In this document: piece by piece, positions 53,801 to 62,611 of the stretch
Position numbering within the stretch: position 1 is the first letter of the stretch
Layout: each line of letters starts with the position of its first letter
NCBI GenBank assembly: GCA_027339965.1
Contig: DAHWNL010000066.1
Location: 1-63,273 of the forward strand
Direction: 5' to 3'
Length of the DNA: 63,273 nt
DNA from: Granulicella sp.
GTDB lineage: Bacteria > Acidobacteriota > Terriglobia > Terriglobales > Acidobacteriaceae
The notes under the pieces: generated by a model
What the model was told of the DNA's origin: nothing
The model's input: the letters and a program-made list of their open reading frames with translations, nothing else
Databases searched by the model: none
Made by a program: the position numbers and the translations under genes

Positions 53801-54392
53801 TGACCAGCACGGGAACTGCGCCGGTAGGGAACGGATGGGCGGTAGCGAAGTACATGGGCTTGCCCAGCACCAGATCCTCAGGCTGCTTCACGTAAGGAAA
53901 GATCAGTTCATCGGGCTGCTTGGTGCAACCGGCCAGGCCGGCCAAAGCCAGGCTGGCGCCCATGACCTTGAGAAAGCCGCGCCGGCTGAGGGGGTCGACC
54001 CACTCGTTAGCCGAGGCTTGCCGCGGGAACTCCTCTTGCATGAGTTCTTGAAAGGCCGGGGTCTCGGCCAGCTCGTCCAGGCTCTTCCAGAAGCGTTTGC
54101 CGCTCTTGCCCTGGAGCCGGGCGCGAACCTCCGCCAACGTCAACTTGGGGGCCGCCGGAGAGCTGAGAGTTGACTGGGGGGCGGTTGAGCCGCCCACCCC
54201 GGCCGGGATGATCTGCGTCACCACCTGGGCGGCCGGCTGCGCCTGCAGGGAAACCGGCGAACCTGAGAGCTGCGCCGTGGCCGGCATGCCGGCAACGTTT
54301 ACGGAGGCATCCTGCGACAAGCCAGGAGCAGCGCCATCAACAGGGTTTTTGGCGGCCATGGAGGTACGGTTTGCGGCGGAGTTGTTCTTCAT
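50838..54392 (-). CDS. actB: ACIII subunit ActB (molybdopterin-oxidoreductase-like domain fused to Fe-S domain)
   Basis: FWKSLDEL...EFP...SRRGFLK internal Tat signal and LAGC; Fe-S motifs [15 protein letters not shown]...[33 protein letters not shown] overlap with actA. Confidence 0.93.
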   Translation of the reverse strand: MKNNSAANRTSMAAKNPVDGAAPGLSQDASVNVAGMPATAQLSGSPVSLQAQPAAQVVTQIIPAGVGGSTAPQSTLSSPAAPKLTLAEVRARLQGKSGKRFWKSLDELAETPAFQELMQEEFPRQASANEWVDPLSRRGFLKVMGASLALAGLAGCTKQPDELIFPYVKQPEDLVLGKPMYFATAHPFPTGAVPVLVKSDAFRPIKVDGNPEHPISKGRSDAFTQATLLGLYDPDRSQSPRYRGEVAEFSRFQQEFAGSVAATGNGQGVVLLSETITSPTLADQWKRVQARYPQMRLVQYEPVNQDAARAASKAAFGDYYDTQYRLQDADIVVALDADFLGGIGFPGFLPLSAAWAERRRFQKDKTMNRMYAVETMPTVTGFKADHRLALKPSDIDAFAAALAVGVGANPSGAGAGLSPEAQRFLSVLLADIRRSGGRFAVLAGPNSSPACHAAALAVNAAQGAVGKTVVYTQTVAPLPSEQSADLKALVADMNAGKVQWLVMLGVNPLYNAPADLNFQDALNRVSHTVHLGMHLDETGYYCDWHINQAHYLESWTDARAYDGTVSIVQPMIEPLYGGKSSHDILQTLLDPGVSAYEAVRAYARTYLNVPAGKTAGQGGEAEASQARAAAAAAAAAATAAAQPGVSQQARNAAQEAKVALGLAAQDTPFEMAWRKALHDGWVADTAFSPKTLGAPKAVPIAPKAAASTDAAIEISFRPDPSLYDGRYGNNGWLQELPKQVTSLSWDNAALMNLDMMTRLGIEENEAIQLSVGGRSIITPVLMSPGHPDDAVTVHLGLGRRAECGRVGAGVGFNAYLLRTVDQPLYASGLSVERSKGMYDLCVTKVHNIEHRGRYAQRDLERTELDTEGTYSLAGHEALERSIIRYATYEEALKNPDYAHLGTKDSDLTLVDKVGYNPQGEAVPHDESFWPDNWRYDHIEVVGLNAKVLQNKWAMAVDLNSCVGCNACIMSCYAENNIAVVGREQVKIGRIMQWIRIDTYFEGDLHAPAAYFQPMYCQQCESAGCEQVCPVGATIHTPEGLNMMVYNRCVGTRYCSNNCPYKVRRFNFLLYSDYDTESLKFMRNPDVTVRSRGIMEKCNYCVQRIEAVKIEADKNNRAIRDGEILTACQQACPTDALVFGNLNDPTSKVVQRKATERDYQVLADLNYRPRTTYTAGVINPNPELA

Positions 54393-55270
54393 CGGTGGCA
54401 CGTCTCGCAGCTGGACAGCTCGTTGGCGGTACGGATGTGATACTGCTTGGTGAGGTAGAGGCCCAGCTCTTCCTGGCTGGTGAACTTCACATAGTTTGCT
54501 GGAATCATGGAGGGAGCCACGGCGGAGACGGTCTGGGATCGGTCCAGCCCCAGCGGGTTGCTCTGGATCAAGCCGTTCTGTGCATTGCGCAGGCTGGTCA
54601 ACTGCAGACCCGCCGCGGCCGGATCCGTCGTCACGCAGGCTACCTGCTGGGCTGTCGGTCCCACTACGTTGGTGGTCGTGCACCACACCGGCCTTTGGCT
54701 AGAGGGCTCTTGCCAGGCCATGTTGTAGATTTCGGCGGTGGGCCGCAGATTCTTGGCCGGGTCGCGGTGGCAGTTCAGGCACCACTCCATCTGCAGGGAG
54801 TTCTGCTCGTACATCAACGGCATCTCGTCCACCCGGCCATGACAGCTCGCGCACCCAATGCCCTTGTTCACGTGAATCTCGTGGTTGAAGTAAACGAAAT
54901 CGGGAAGATCATGCACCCTGATCCAGTGGATAGAGGCCCCGGTCGCCCAACTCTGGCGGACTGGCTCGAGCAGTTGCGCGTCCGTCCAGATCTGCGAGTG
55001 GCAGTTCATGCACGTCTTGGTGGGGGGTATGCCGGCGTACATGCTCTTTTCCACCGAGGTGTGACAGTACTGGCACTGCAGGCCCAGACCCTGAACGTGG
55101 TGAAAATGGCTGAAGGGTACGGGCTGGTCGGGGCGCTGTCCCTGACGGGTCACCCACGGCGACCGTTGCAGGCTGTTCAGCGTCACCCCCAGGACGATGA
55201 CGATCAGGCCCGATAACACCAGGCTTGCGCGAGCCAGGGCGTTCGAGCTGCGGTCAAATACTTGCGCCAT
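54389..55270 (-). CDS. actA: ACIII pentaheme cytochrome c ActA
   Basis: N-terminal TM; QPVPFSH; five CxxCH motifs (CQYCH, CMNCH, CASCH, CLNCH, CETCH). Confidence 0.93.
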   Translation of the reverse strand: MAQVFDRSSNALARASLVLSGLIVIVLGVTLNSLQRSPWVTRQGQRPDQPVPFSHFHHVQGLGLQCQYCHTSVEKSMYAGIPPTKTCMNCHSQIWTDAQLLEPVRQSWATGASIHWIRVHDLPDFVYFNHEIHVNKGIGCASCHGRVDEMPLMYEQNSLQMEWCLNCHRDPAKNLRPTAEIYNMAWQEPSSQRPVWCTTTNVVGPTAQQVACVTTDPAAAGLQLTSLRNAQNGLIQSNPLGLDRSQTVSAVAPSMIPANYVKFTSQEELGLYLTKQYHIRTANELSSCETCHR

Positions 55271-55606
55271 GAATCCGTTCCTGCTTCCTCTGGGTGAGAC
55301 AAACTACGCTATGGAGTGACTGCCAGAGCCGGTTGGCGCGCAGAACAAGCGCAAAACCGATCCGACCCGCCTAAATAGACGCCAAAATCAGCAAACTTCT
55401 GTAACCATCGAAAAACTCTGGCCAATCAAACCGCAGCAAAGGTCCGAAGAAACCCGAAGCAAAACAAACGAGGACGCCGATCCAAAAACGTCTGAGATAT
55501 CACCCGGTGGGGAGTTCCGCGAACTTCGCTCCCCTCAAAATCAATCTTTATTTAACTCAGCCGCCATTTAGAACGCAGCCGAAAGCTGCAAGTTTTTCCG
55601 CAACCG

Positions 55607-55649
55607 AGTATAACAAGCGAAGAAAAAAAATGTGACGGCGATCACTTTT
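55607..55649 (-). promoter_or_regulatory. Putative act/cox promoter: extended -10 plus Crp/Fnr-like palindrome
   Basis: Minus-strand TG-T-TATACT at 55607-55615; AAATGTGA-N6-TCACTTTT at 55628-55649. Confidence 0.55.
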
Positions 55650-56103
55650 CTACCGGAAAAAACTTCCGAATTGGCCGCTAATCGCTCGCAATTTGATAAC
55701 CGGCTAATTCCTCGAGCTTTTCACCTCTCCCCCGCTCTTCGCGGATGCCACTCAGGAACCCCGCAAGGTTCAACTCGCCCTCTGCGCCGCTCGCTTCCCG
55801 GTGGAAACTCTGTGGAAAATAGGGCGGTCGCCAGGAGGGTTTCAACCTGCGCGAGCGGCCGGATGAGGCAGGCTCGGGCCAGGTTGGTTGCCATGAGAGC
55901 ATCGCCCGACCCCTCTACACGCTCGTTTGCGCACACTTGTCTGCGGAAGGAGCCCGGCTACGTCCGCAGGGCACGGCGAGGCCGGATGGGGGCTTGTGCG
56001 CCGACAGGCGGCAGAGGTTATCCAAGGGCCGGGGCGGCGGCTGGCTTGAGGCTGAGGCAGCTACGCGCCAGGGGGCTGAGGCGGCCGGTGGGGCGCGGCG
56101 GCT

Positions 56104-56877
56104 ATGATGCTGCACATGCCCAGCCGTTCCGCTGATACCCGCAAACTGCCCTATGACCCGGCTGTCGCCGCCACCGCGCTGTGCGCCGCCGATGCAAAAC
56201 TGGCGCGCCTGATTGAGCGCGCCGGCGCCTGTACGCTGCGCCTGCCGTCGCGGCAGTCGCCGTTTGAGGCGCTGGCGGAGTCCATCATCTACCAGCAGCT
56301 CCACGGCAAGGCCGCAGCCACGATTCATGCGCGCCTGCTGGCCAGTTTCGCGGGCGTGTGCGAGGCCGGCGCTGCTCATCCCTCGCCGGAGCAGCTTCTG
56401 GAGTGCCCCACGGAACAGCTCCGCGCTGCCGGCCTCTCCAACAACAAGATACTGGCGGTGCGCGACCTGGCCGCAAAGACGCTCGACGGCACGGTTCCTT
56501 CGCTGACGCAGATTCGCCGCATGTCTGACGAGGCGATCGTGGAGCACCTGACCCAGGTGCGCGGCATTGGCCGCTGGACCGTTGAGATGCTGCTGATCTT
56601 CCGGCTGGGCAGGCCGGACGTCTTCCCGGTGAGCGACTACGGCGTGCGCAAGGGGTTTGCGCTGACCTTCCAGGGGCTGAAGCCCACGGTGAAGGTGACG
56701 CCGGAGCTCCTGCCGAAGCCGGAAGAGATGGAGCGGCGGGCGAGACGGTGGGCTCCCTGGCGGTCTGTGGCGAGTTGGTACCTGTGGCGGGCGTGCGACC
56801 TGGCCAACCCCAGGGTGTCTCTGATCGAGTCTCAGGATCTTCGCCAAAAGGGCCGACCCCCGCAGCATTCCGTGTAA
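56104..56877 (+). CDS. alkA: DNA-3-methyladenine glycosylase II (AlkA/HhH-GPD family)
   Basis: FEALAESIIYQQL, LRAAGLS and VRGIGRWTVEMLLIF..GRPDVFPVSDYG; may start at ATG 56116. Confidence 0.9.
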   Translation: MMLHMPSRSADTRKLPYDPAVAATALCAADAKLARLIERAGACTLRLPSRQSPFEALAESIIYQQLHGKAAATIHARLLASFAGVCEAGAAHPSPEQLLECPTEQLRAAGLSNNKILAVRDLAAKTLDGTVPSLTQIRRMSDEAIVEHLTQVRGIGRWTVEMLLIFRLGRPDVFPVSDYGVRKGFALTFQGLKPTVKVTPELLPKPEEMERRARRWAPWRSVASWYLWRACDLANPRVSLIESQDLRQKGRPPQHSV

Positions 56878-56934
56878 GCCGATGAGCGAGCAACCCTCCT
56901 CGTATACTAATCCTGCTTTTGATCGGAGAACTCT

Positions 56935-57657
56935 GTGCAGGCTCACCGCGTCTTTGACCGCTTCCAACGCGTCATGCCCCGCCGCGTCAGCCGCGTTCTG
57001 CGCTCGCTAGGCACCGCCTTCCTCACGCCTTTTTATTTCGCGCGGACCACCGGACACTTCCGCAGCTCTCTTGTGGGCAAGGCGCTCAACGCAAGCGGCG
57101 CACCCATCCCGTGGTACACCTATCCTGCCATAGAGCTACTTCGCAACAAGTCGTTCCGCGGTCGGCGCGTCCTTGAATTCGGTGCCGGCCAGTCCACGCT
57201 GTGGTGGTCTCAGCGCGCCGAGCATGTAACCTCCTTCGAGGCCGATCCAGAGTGGTACAAGTACGTCTTGCCGCAACTGCCGCAGAACACGCTCCTGCAT
57301 CTGGTCGATGATCAACTGTCGGGCTTCGAACACCTTGTGCCGTCCAGTGAGCGGTTCGACGTCATCGTCATCGATGGGCTCGGCCGCTTGACCGCAGCCA
57401 CCAAGTCGCGGCACCTGCTGGCACCCGGAGGCGTGTTCTTGCTGGACAATTCTGAAGGATACTGGGGTCCGGAGGGCACCTATCCGATCGTGGACCTTTT
57501 TCGCGAGTGCGGATACGCGCGCGTTGATTTCTATGGTTTCTCCCCCGGGAACAGCCTCCAGCATTGCACCTCCTTGTTCTTCCGCGATAGCTGCTTCCTG
57601 TTTCAAGGCGAGGACCACCCCGTCTCTCTAGGGACATTGGAAAGGTATCAGGCCTGA
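56935..57657 (+). CDS. Class I SAM-dependent methyltransferase, probably acting on surface glycan
   Basis: PIPWYTYPAIE, VLEFGAGQSTLWW, FDVIVIDG and LDNS motifs. Confidence 0.8.
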   Translation: MQAHRVFDRFQRVMPRRVSRVLRSLGTAFLTPFYFARTTGHFRSSLVGKALNASGAPIPWYTYPAIELLRNKSFRGRRVLEFGAGQSTLWWSQRAEHVTSFEADPEWYKYVLPQLPQNTLLHLVDDQLSGFEHLVPSSERFDVIVIDGLGRLTAATKSRHLLAPGGVFLLDNSEGYWGPEGTYPIVDLFRECGYARVDFYGFSPGNSLQHCTSLFFRDSCFLFQGEDHPVSLGTLERYQA

Positions 57658-57674
57658 TCTGCGCGGGTTCTACA

Positions 57675-57706
57675 GGTGGCCTACCTTTCGCTCTTTGAGA
57701 TGTGGG
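57675..57706 (+). repeat. REP-like hairpin (degenerate)
   Basis: GGTGG followed by imperfect 11-bp stem CCTACCTTTCG/TGAGATGTGGG. Confidence 0.55.
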
Positions 57707-57730
57707 TTTGTAGGATGCAGGCTTCTCCGC

Positions 57731-57950
57731 GTCACCGTAGGGTTGGGGAGTCGCTACGGTAGCGACCGTCGCCGCTTCGTCACGATCTCTTTCTCTGCGA
57801 AGCGGCGGTACATGGATCGCAACCCGTGCGCGCGTGGCCTGGTCGCCCACCACAAGGACTGCGTGGGCTCAAGCTACCGGCAATGGGCGCTGGGTAAAGA
57901 CGGTCTGGTGAAAGGTCAGGGTGTTTTTGGGAGGCGGACGAAGAGGAGTA
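57731..57950 (+). pseudogene. Internally deleted REP-associated tyrosine transposase (RAYT/TnpA-REP, Y1 HUH) remnant
   Basis: In-frame GLGSRYGSDRRRFVTIS (like RAYT N-terminal GL.RY.GS...HFVTFS) joined to KRRYMDRNPCARGLV...SSYR (like YxHxNPVxRGLV...WSSY); HUH core absent. Confidence 0.65.
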
Positions 57951-58009
57951 GATGGTTCGCAGCGTGCGAGGAGATGGGCTGTGCGGGCTGGCTTCGGAAG
58001 CCGTGCCAT

Positions 58010-58045
58010 CCCAGGTGCCCAAATGCAAGGCACCTGGGGGCACCC
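58010..58045 (-). repeat. REP-like hairpin
   Basis: Perfect 10-bp stem CCCAGGTGCC/GGCACCTGGG with GGGTGCC 5' tail on the minus strand; faces the copy at 57675. Confidence 0.7.
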
Positions 58046-58086
58046 AATCCTTTGCGGCGGTTCAGTGGCCGGCTGAAGCTCGGCCC

Positions 58087-59625
58087 TTAAGTTCGTGCCT
58101 CAAGACGGTGGGTTGGCTGTGTGGACGAGGCTACGGAGATGCGGAACATGGCGTACAGGAAGAAGCAGCTCAGCAGCAGCAGGGTGAGTGGCAAGGGGCG
58201 ATGGAATACGAGCCAAGGCACGCCATGCAGGGCTGCACGGCCAGGGACGAGGCGTGTTCCGTGGCCAACGGCGAGATGCACAAACTGGTGCGACAGGGTG
58301 AGCGTGGCCAGCGCACTGAGCGCCAGCGCCGCGCTTCCCAGCCAACGGTAGCGGCTGGCTAACCAGGCCACGGCGGGAAAGATGAGCAGCAGCAGGCGAG
58401 TGTCATACTGGCGGTGATAGATGGGCAGGAAGCTGAGTGCCGCGGCTGCGGCCAGCGCCATGAGGTCAGCGGCGGAGATGGCGCCGCAGGTCTGGTTGCG
58501 ACGGGAAACGGAGGATCCCGAGCGGCGCAGCAGAAGGTAGAGCCAGGCAAGAAACAGCGGGAGGAAGGTGGCGTAGGCGGCCAGGTTGTAGAAACGGGGC
58601 GAGGAATGCCATAGAGCGAAGAGGGCTTGCAGACTGGCGATGCTGCCTACCTCATCGTTGGTTGGGCCGGGATTGCTGGCCTGGCCGGGCGAGGCGATCT
58701 CCACCAGGTTATGGCGCAGCTCCTGTGGCCAATGGGACGAGGCGGGATGGTGATAGGCCAGGAGCACTCCCGGGGCCATGAGAAGCAGCGTGACGGCGAG
58801 GGTGTAGAGCGCGAGACGGCGGCGGCTGACGGAGTGCGCGGCCGGTTCACCCGGCGAGGCGGGAGCCACGCGAGGGGATGGAGGAGCGCTGGAGCCGGGA
58901 GTGAAAGAGAGCAGAAAGAAGAGCCAGATGAGCGCTCCGACGTGTGGTTTGAGGGTGAGGCTGAGGGCAAAGGCCAGGACGCCAAGAGCGACAGACCGCC
59001 GGCGAAGGAAGCTCCACGCCGCGATGACCACCAGACTGATGGAGTACATCGCCGGCTGACCGAGCATGACGAGAATGGTGCTGGAGGCCACGAAGGCGGC
59101 CAGGATGGCCTGCGCCGCGAGCACCGGCCAGCCGGCCGGAGGGCTGGCAAGAGACGGGGCCGCAGGGCTGGGGCCTGAGTGGCTGGAGTCGGCGGGGCTG
59201 GGATCCCAAGTCCAGAGGGTGGAAGCACAAGGAGCAAGGGTGCAAAGGTCGGCGGTGCAGAGGGCCGCGATGCTGAACAGGAGCATGCCGAAGATGAGCC
59301 AGACCGCTTGCGCCAGACGGAAGGGGAGCAGCGCCAGCGGGATGGTGAGAAAGAGCGCCGAGGGCGGATAGTTGGCGTTGTAAGGCCGGAAAGGCCGAAG
59401 GTCTGTGGGGTCGCCCCCGTGCCGCAGGTAGGCCTGCTCAATCTGCGCGGAGTCGTAGGGATCGCAGCCCTGCATCAGGCAGAGGGTGCTGGCATAGACA
59501 GGCTTGAAGTCAAAGCTCTGCAGCGTGGTTTGCTCATCGTGATAGCCGCGCACCGCAAAGGAGAGGCAGCCGGCGAGAACCAGAAGGAAGCCATAGATGC
59601 GGCGGCGGTGCGGCTCGATCGTCAA
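58087..59625 (-). CDS. GT87/DUF2029-like polytopic membrane glycosyltransferase
   Basis: DFKPVY...G.DPY...YPP, LGQ, LKP and HRQYD motifs of GT-C enzymes. Confidence 0.82.
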   Translation of the reverse strand: MTIEPHRRRIYGFLLVLAGCLSFAVRGYHDEQTTLQSFDFKPVYASTLCLMQGCDPYDSAQIEQAYLRHGGDPTDLRPFRPYNANYPPSALFLTIPLALLPFRLAQAVWLIFGMLLFSIAALCTADLCTLAPCASTLWTWDPSPADSSHSGPSPAAPSLASPPAGWPVLAAQAILAAFVASSTILVMLGQPAMYSISLVVIAAWSFLRRRSVALGVLAFALSLTLKPHVGALIWLFFLLSFTPGSSAPPSPRVAPASPGEPAAHSVSRRRLALYTLAVTLLLMAPGVLLAYHHPASSHWPQELRHNLVEIASPGQASNPGPTNDEVGSIASLQALFALWHSSPRFYNLAAYATFLPLFLAWLYLLLRRSGSSVSRRNQTCGAISAADLMALAAAAALSFLPIYHRQYDTRLLLLIFPAVAWLASRYRWLGSAALALSALATLTLSHQFVHLAVGHGTRLVPGRAALHGVPWLVFHRPLPLTLLLLSCFFLYAMFRISVASSTQPTHRLEART

Positions 59626-59860
59626 CAGGAAGACCCTCCGCGCTGGGAATGGGGACGGTTGCGGTTTCCATCTTTACACAGTCGGTGGCGTTGCAAGGGG
59701 ATGAAATAACAGGCTACGGCTTTGCGGGCCCGGTTTCTGCGGCGGATTCGCCGGTTTGAGAAGGCCAGGCTGCGAGCAGATGTTGCAGCGAAAGGCTCCA
59801 TTATGGGCGCCACGAAGGACTCCGCGGGGAGCCCAGCCGCAAGGCCTGCCTGGGAAGCGG

Positions 59861-61438
59861 TCACCCGTCAGCCGGGAGCCCGTTCTGCGCCGGTTCGGTC
59901 TTTCCGTCCGCGTCTGTGGAGACCCGAAACATGGCATAGAGGAAGAAACAGCTCAGGAGCAGAAGGGTAAGCGGCAAGGGGCGGTCGAAGGTCAGCCATA
60001 GGGATCCGTGGAGGTTCATGCCACGCTGGGCGAGCGATTCTGCCGCTTGCGGAACAAGCCGGTTCAGAAGACGGACAAACGTGTGCCCGAGGTTGATGGT
60101 GGCCAACACGCTGAGCGCCAGCGCCACGGTCCCCAACCGACGGTAGCGGCTTGCCAGCGCGGCCGCGGCTGGAAAGATCAACAGCAGCAGCCGGGTGTCG
60201 TACTGCTGGTGGTAGATGGGTAGAAGGCTCAGCGTTGCCGCTGCGGCGAGCGCCATGAGGTCAGCGTCTGAGACGCCCCACGGCGGGGGGGCGAGGTGGG
60301 CACCCGGGCCTGGAGGCCGACGCGGAAGCAGATAGAGCCACGCCAGAAAGAGCGGCAGGAAGGTGGCGAGCGCCAGCAGGTTGTAAAAGCGGGGCGAATC
60401 GCGCCATAGAGCGAAGAGTGCCTGGAGGTTGGCGATGGCTGAGCCGTTGCGGGGGCCGGGGTGGTTCTCGCCTTGCGGCGCGGAGAGAACCTGGAGGCTC
60501 CGGTCGAGCTCCTGCGGCCAGTGGGCAGAGGCGGGATGGTGATGCGCCAGCAGCACCCCGGGGACGGAGAGGAGCAGCGTGGCAGCCATGGTATAGAGCG
60601 CAAGACGGCGGCGGCTGGCGGCGCGCGCGGCCGGTTGGCCCGGCGAGGCGGGAGCTGCGGGAGAGGATGGAGGGACGCTGGAGCTGGGCTTCGAAGAGAG
60701 CAGAAAGAAGAGCCAGACGAAGGCTCCGGTCTGCGGTTTTAGGGTGAGACTGATGGCGAAGGCGAGGACGCCAAGGGCGAGAGACCGTCGGCGAAGGAAG
60801 CTCCAGGCGGCGATAACCACCAGACTGATGGAGTAGAGGGACGGCTGGCCCAGCATCACCAGGAGCGTGCTGGAAACGACGAAGAGAGCAAGCAGCGCAT
60901 GGACCCAAAGAGCTCGCCTGCCGCGGCAAAGGTCCGCCATGCACAGGGCCGCGACGCTAAACAGAACGATCCCGAGGGTCAGCCAGATCGCGCGCGCCGC
61001 CGGATAGTGGAGCAGCGCCAGAGGCGTCACCAGAAAGAGCGACGAAGGCGGGTAGACGGTGTTGAACGGGCGGATAGGCAGGTGATCGAGCTGGTTTCCA
61101 TTGTGCCTGAGATACGCCGCCTCCGTCTGAGCCGCGTCGTAGGGATCGCAGCCGTCTATCAGGCAGCGCGCGCCCACGTATACCGTCTTGAAGTCGTAGG
61201 AGAGGGCGTAGCGAGTCTGTTGGTGATAACCGTATAGGGAAAAGATCAGGCATCCCAGGAGGACCAGGCAAAGCCCCTGGATGTGACGGCTTGTGAGCTT
61301 CCGCTCGGTTTCCTTGAGAGTCTGGCGGTCAAGGAGGTATGGCGCCTGATGCTCCGGCCGACGGCTGAGGGACTCTCGAAGGAAGATGCCCAGGGAGCGG
61401 ACGGAGATAGGGATGCGGGGTCTTCGGGCGGACTGCAA
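59861..61438 (-). CDS. GT87/DUF2029-like glycosyltransferase paralog (start uncertain)
   Basis: Same motifs (DFKTVY, GCDPY, YPPS, LGQ, LKP, HQQYD); in-frame TTG at 61438 after GGAGA. Confidence 0.8.
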   Translation of the reverse strand: MQSARRPRIPISVRSLGIFLRESLSRRPEHQAPYLLDRQTLKETERKLTSRHIQGLCLVLLGCLIFSLYGYHQQTRYALSYDFKTVYVGARCLIDGCDPYDAAQTEAAYLRHNGNQLDHLPIRPFNTVYPPSSLFLVTPLALLHYPAARAIWLTLGIVLFSVAALCMADLCRGRRALWVHALLALFVVSSTLLVMLGQPSLYSISLVVIAAWSFLRRRSLALGVLAFAISLTLKPQTGAFVWLFFLLSSKPSSSVPPSSPAAPASPGQPAARAASRRRLALYTMAATLLLSVPGVLLAHHHPASAHWPQELDRSLQVLSAPQGENHPGPRNGSAIANLQALFALWRDSPRFYNLLALATFLPLFLAWLYLLPRRPPGPGAHLAPPPWGVSDADLMALAAAATLSLLPIYHQQYDTRLLLLIFPAAAALASRYRRLGTVALALSVLATINLGHTFVRLLNRLVPQAAESLAQRGMNLHGSLWLTFDRPLPLTLLLLSCFFLYAMFRVSTDADGKTEPAQNGLPADG

Positions 61439-61613
61439 GGTGTCTCCGAGGATGGCGTTGGTTCGGCCTTTACGGCTCAGTGAGGGCGGAGCGCGTTGGC
61501 GCCAAGGCGCGCGAGTTAGGGTAGTATAGCGCCGGAGCGGATTGCGTCCTTGCGGGGCCATGCCGGGTGTGTGACAGAAAAATGGAAACGGCGGAGATCC
61601 AAAGAAGGGCGGC

Positions 61614-61728
61614 TAGAGCATTTTTCCCGTAGGTGTAGTCCAGCAGATTGAGATGGATGGGCGTTTTCCCCAATGAAAACGCCACTGCACAATCGCTTTT
61701 GGACACCCATCAACGGGGAAAATGCTCT
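61614..61728 (+). mobile_element. 114-bp palindromic MITE-like element, left copy
   Basis: AGAGCATTTTTCCCGT...ACGGGGAAAATGCTCT terminal inverted repeat; central GCGTTTTC/GAAAACGC hairpin. Confidence 0.8.
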
Positions 61729-61926
61729 GAGTCTGAGCGCATTGCTACTGCGGGCCATAGGACTCGCGTTCCGAAGACGCGATCACGCCGCAGGCCGGCG
61801 CCGAGGCTCAAGAGCAGAGGGAGTTTGCACCGGCCAGACGCGGATCGCCCAATGGGCGCTTCGGGGACGTAGCTGCGAGCTTTCCCGTGGGCCGCTCGGG
61901 GCTCCGCCGAGCGAGGGCTTCGCGAG

Positions 61927-61974
61927 TGTTGGAGTGTTTGACAACACCTGTTTTTGTTGGTATAAACTCCAACA
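61927..61974 (+). promoter_or_regulatory. Sigma70 promoter with two overlapping operators for the TA pair
   Basis: TTGACA (61938)-17 nt-TATAAA (61961); TGTTGG-N8-(A/C)CAACA palindromes at 61927-61946 and 61955-61974. Confidence 0.8.
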
Positions 61975-62261
61975 TGAATGCCGAACTGCTGTTCCGAAAA
62001 CGCCTGGGGTTGTCGGAAACAGTATTCGTCGAGATGGTGATTTGGCAGACGCCAAAACCCATGCACGGTAGCGCGCACAGGTTCAAGTACCGTCTGGCTC
62101 TGGTGGCGGGAGGCGTCTGTGTGCTTCGCTACGACAACGAGGCCGGCAAGGGCGACCACAAGCATATCGGGGAATGCGAGGCAGCCTATCACTTCTCCGG
62201 CCTGGACCGGCTGCAAGCTGATTTTTGGCAGGACGTTGAGAATTGGAGGGAAAAGCAATGA
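61974..62261 (+). CDS. DUF6516 / TumE-family toxin
   Basis: EMVIWQ.P.P..GSAH.FKYRL...VLRYDNEAGKGDHKH motif; 95 aa; ATGA overlap with the next gene. Confidence 0.8.
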   Translation: MNAELLFRKRLGLSETVFVEMVIWQTPKPMHGSAHRFKYRLALVAGGVCVLRYDNEAGKGDHKHIGECEAAYHFSGLDRLQADFWQDVENWREKQ

Positions 62262-62602
62262 GAACCGTAACCTTGGGGGTGTCCTCAGTCCATGACACGC
62301 AAAAGCAACTGGGCGCAGCCTTTCGTGGCGAGCATGGCGGCGAGTTCATCAGCTTTGCTACGGTGGAACTGCTGTGGAAGGTGCTCACAGCCAAGCGCTG
62401 GGAGATCTTGCAGGCAATAACCGGGCAGGGTGAAATGACCATCCGTGAGATTGCCCGCCGGATTGGCCGCGACGTGAAGGCCGTGCATGGCGACGTGCAA
62501 GCTCTGCTTTTGGCCGGCGTGCTGGATCGCGCCGAAAGCGGCCGCGTAGTCTTTCCCTACGATGCCGTCCGTGTCGATTTCACGTTGCGCAAGGCTGCCT
62601 GA
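62258..62602 (+). CDS. HTH-domain antitoxin / regulator (TumA-like)
   Basis: ISF.TVE...VLTAKRWEIL...TIREIARRIGRDVKAVHGDVQAL HTH; FPYD; translationally coupled to the DUF6516 gene. Confidence 0.78.
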   Translation: MRTVTLGVSSVHDTQKQLGAAFRGEHGGEFISFATVELLWKVLTAKRWEILQAITGQGEMTIREIARRIGRDVKAVHGDVQALLLAGVLDRAESGRVVFPYDAVRVDFTLRKAA

Positions 62603-62611
62603 TTCCGCTTC

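Noticed and set aside
52359..54173. Long plus-strand ORFs (604 aa here; also 34917-36470, 42102-43523, 44173-45468, 45481-46605, 47033-48217)
   Set aside because: Antisense shadows of well-supported minus-strand genes; expected in high-GC DNA and lacking recognisable motifs
54392..54686. N-terminal extension of ActB given in the ORF track
   Set aside because: Overlaps actA; the ATG at 54392 overlapping the actA stop (ATGA) is the better start
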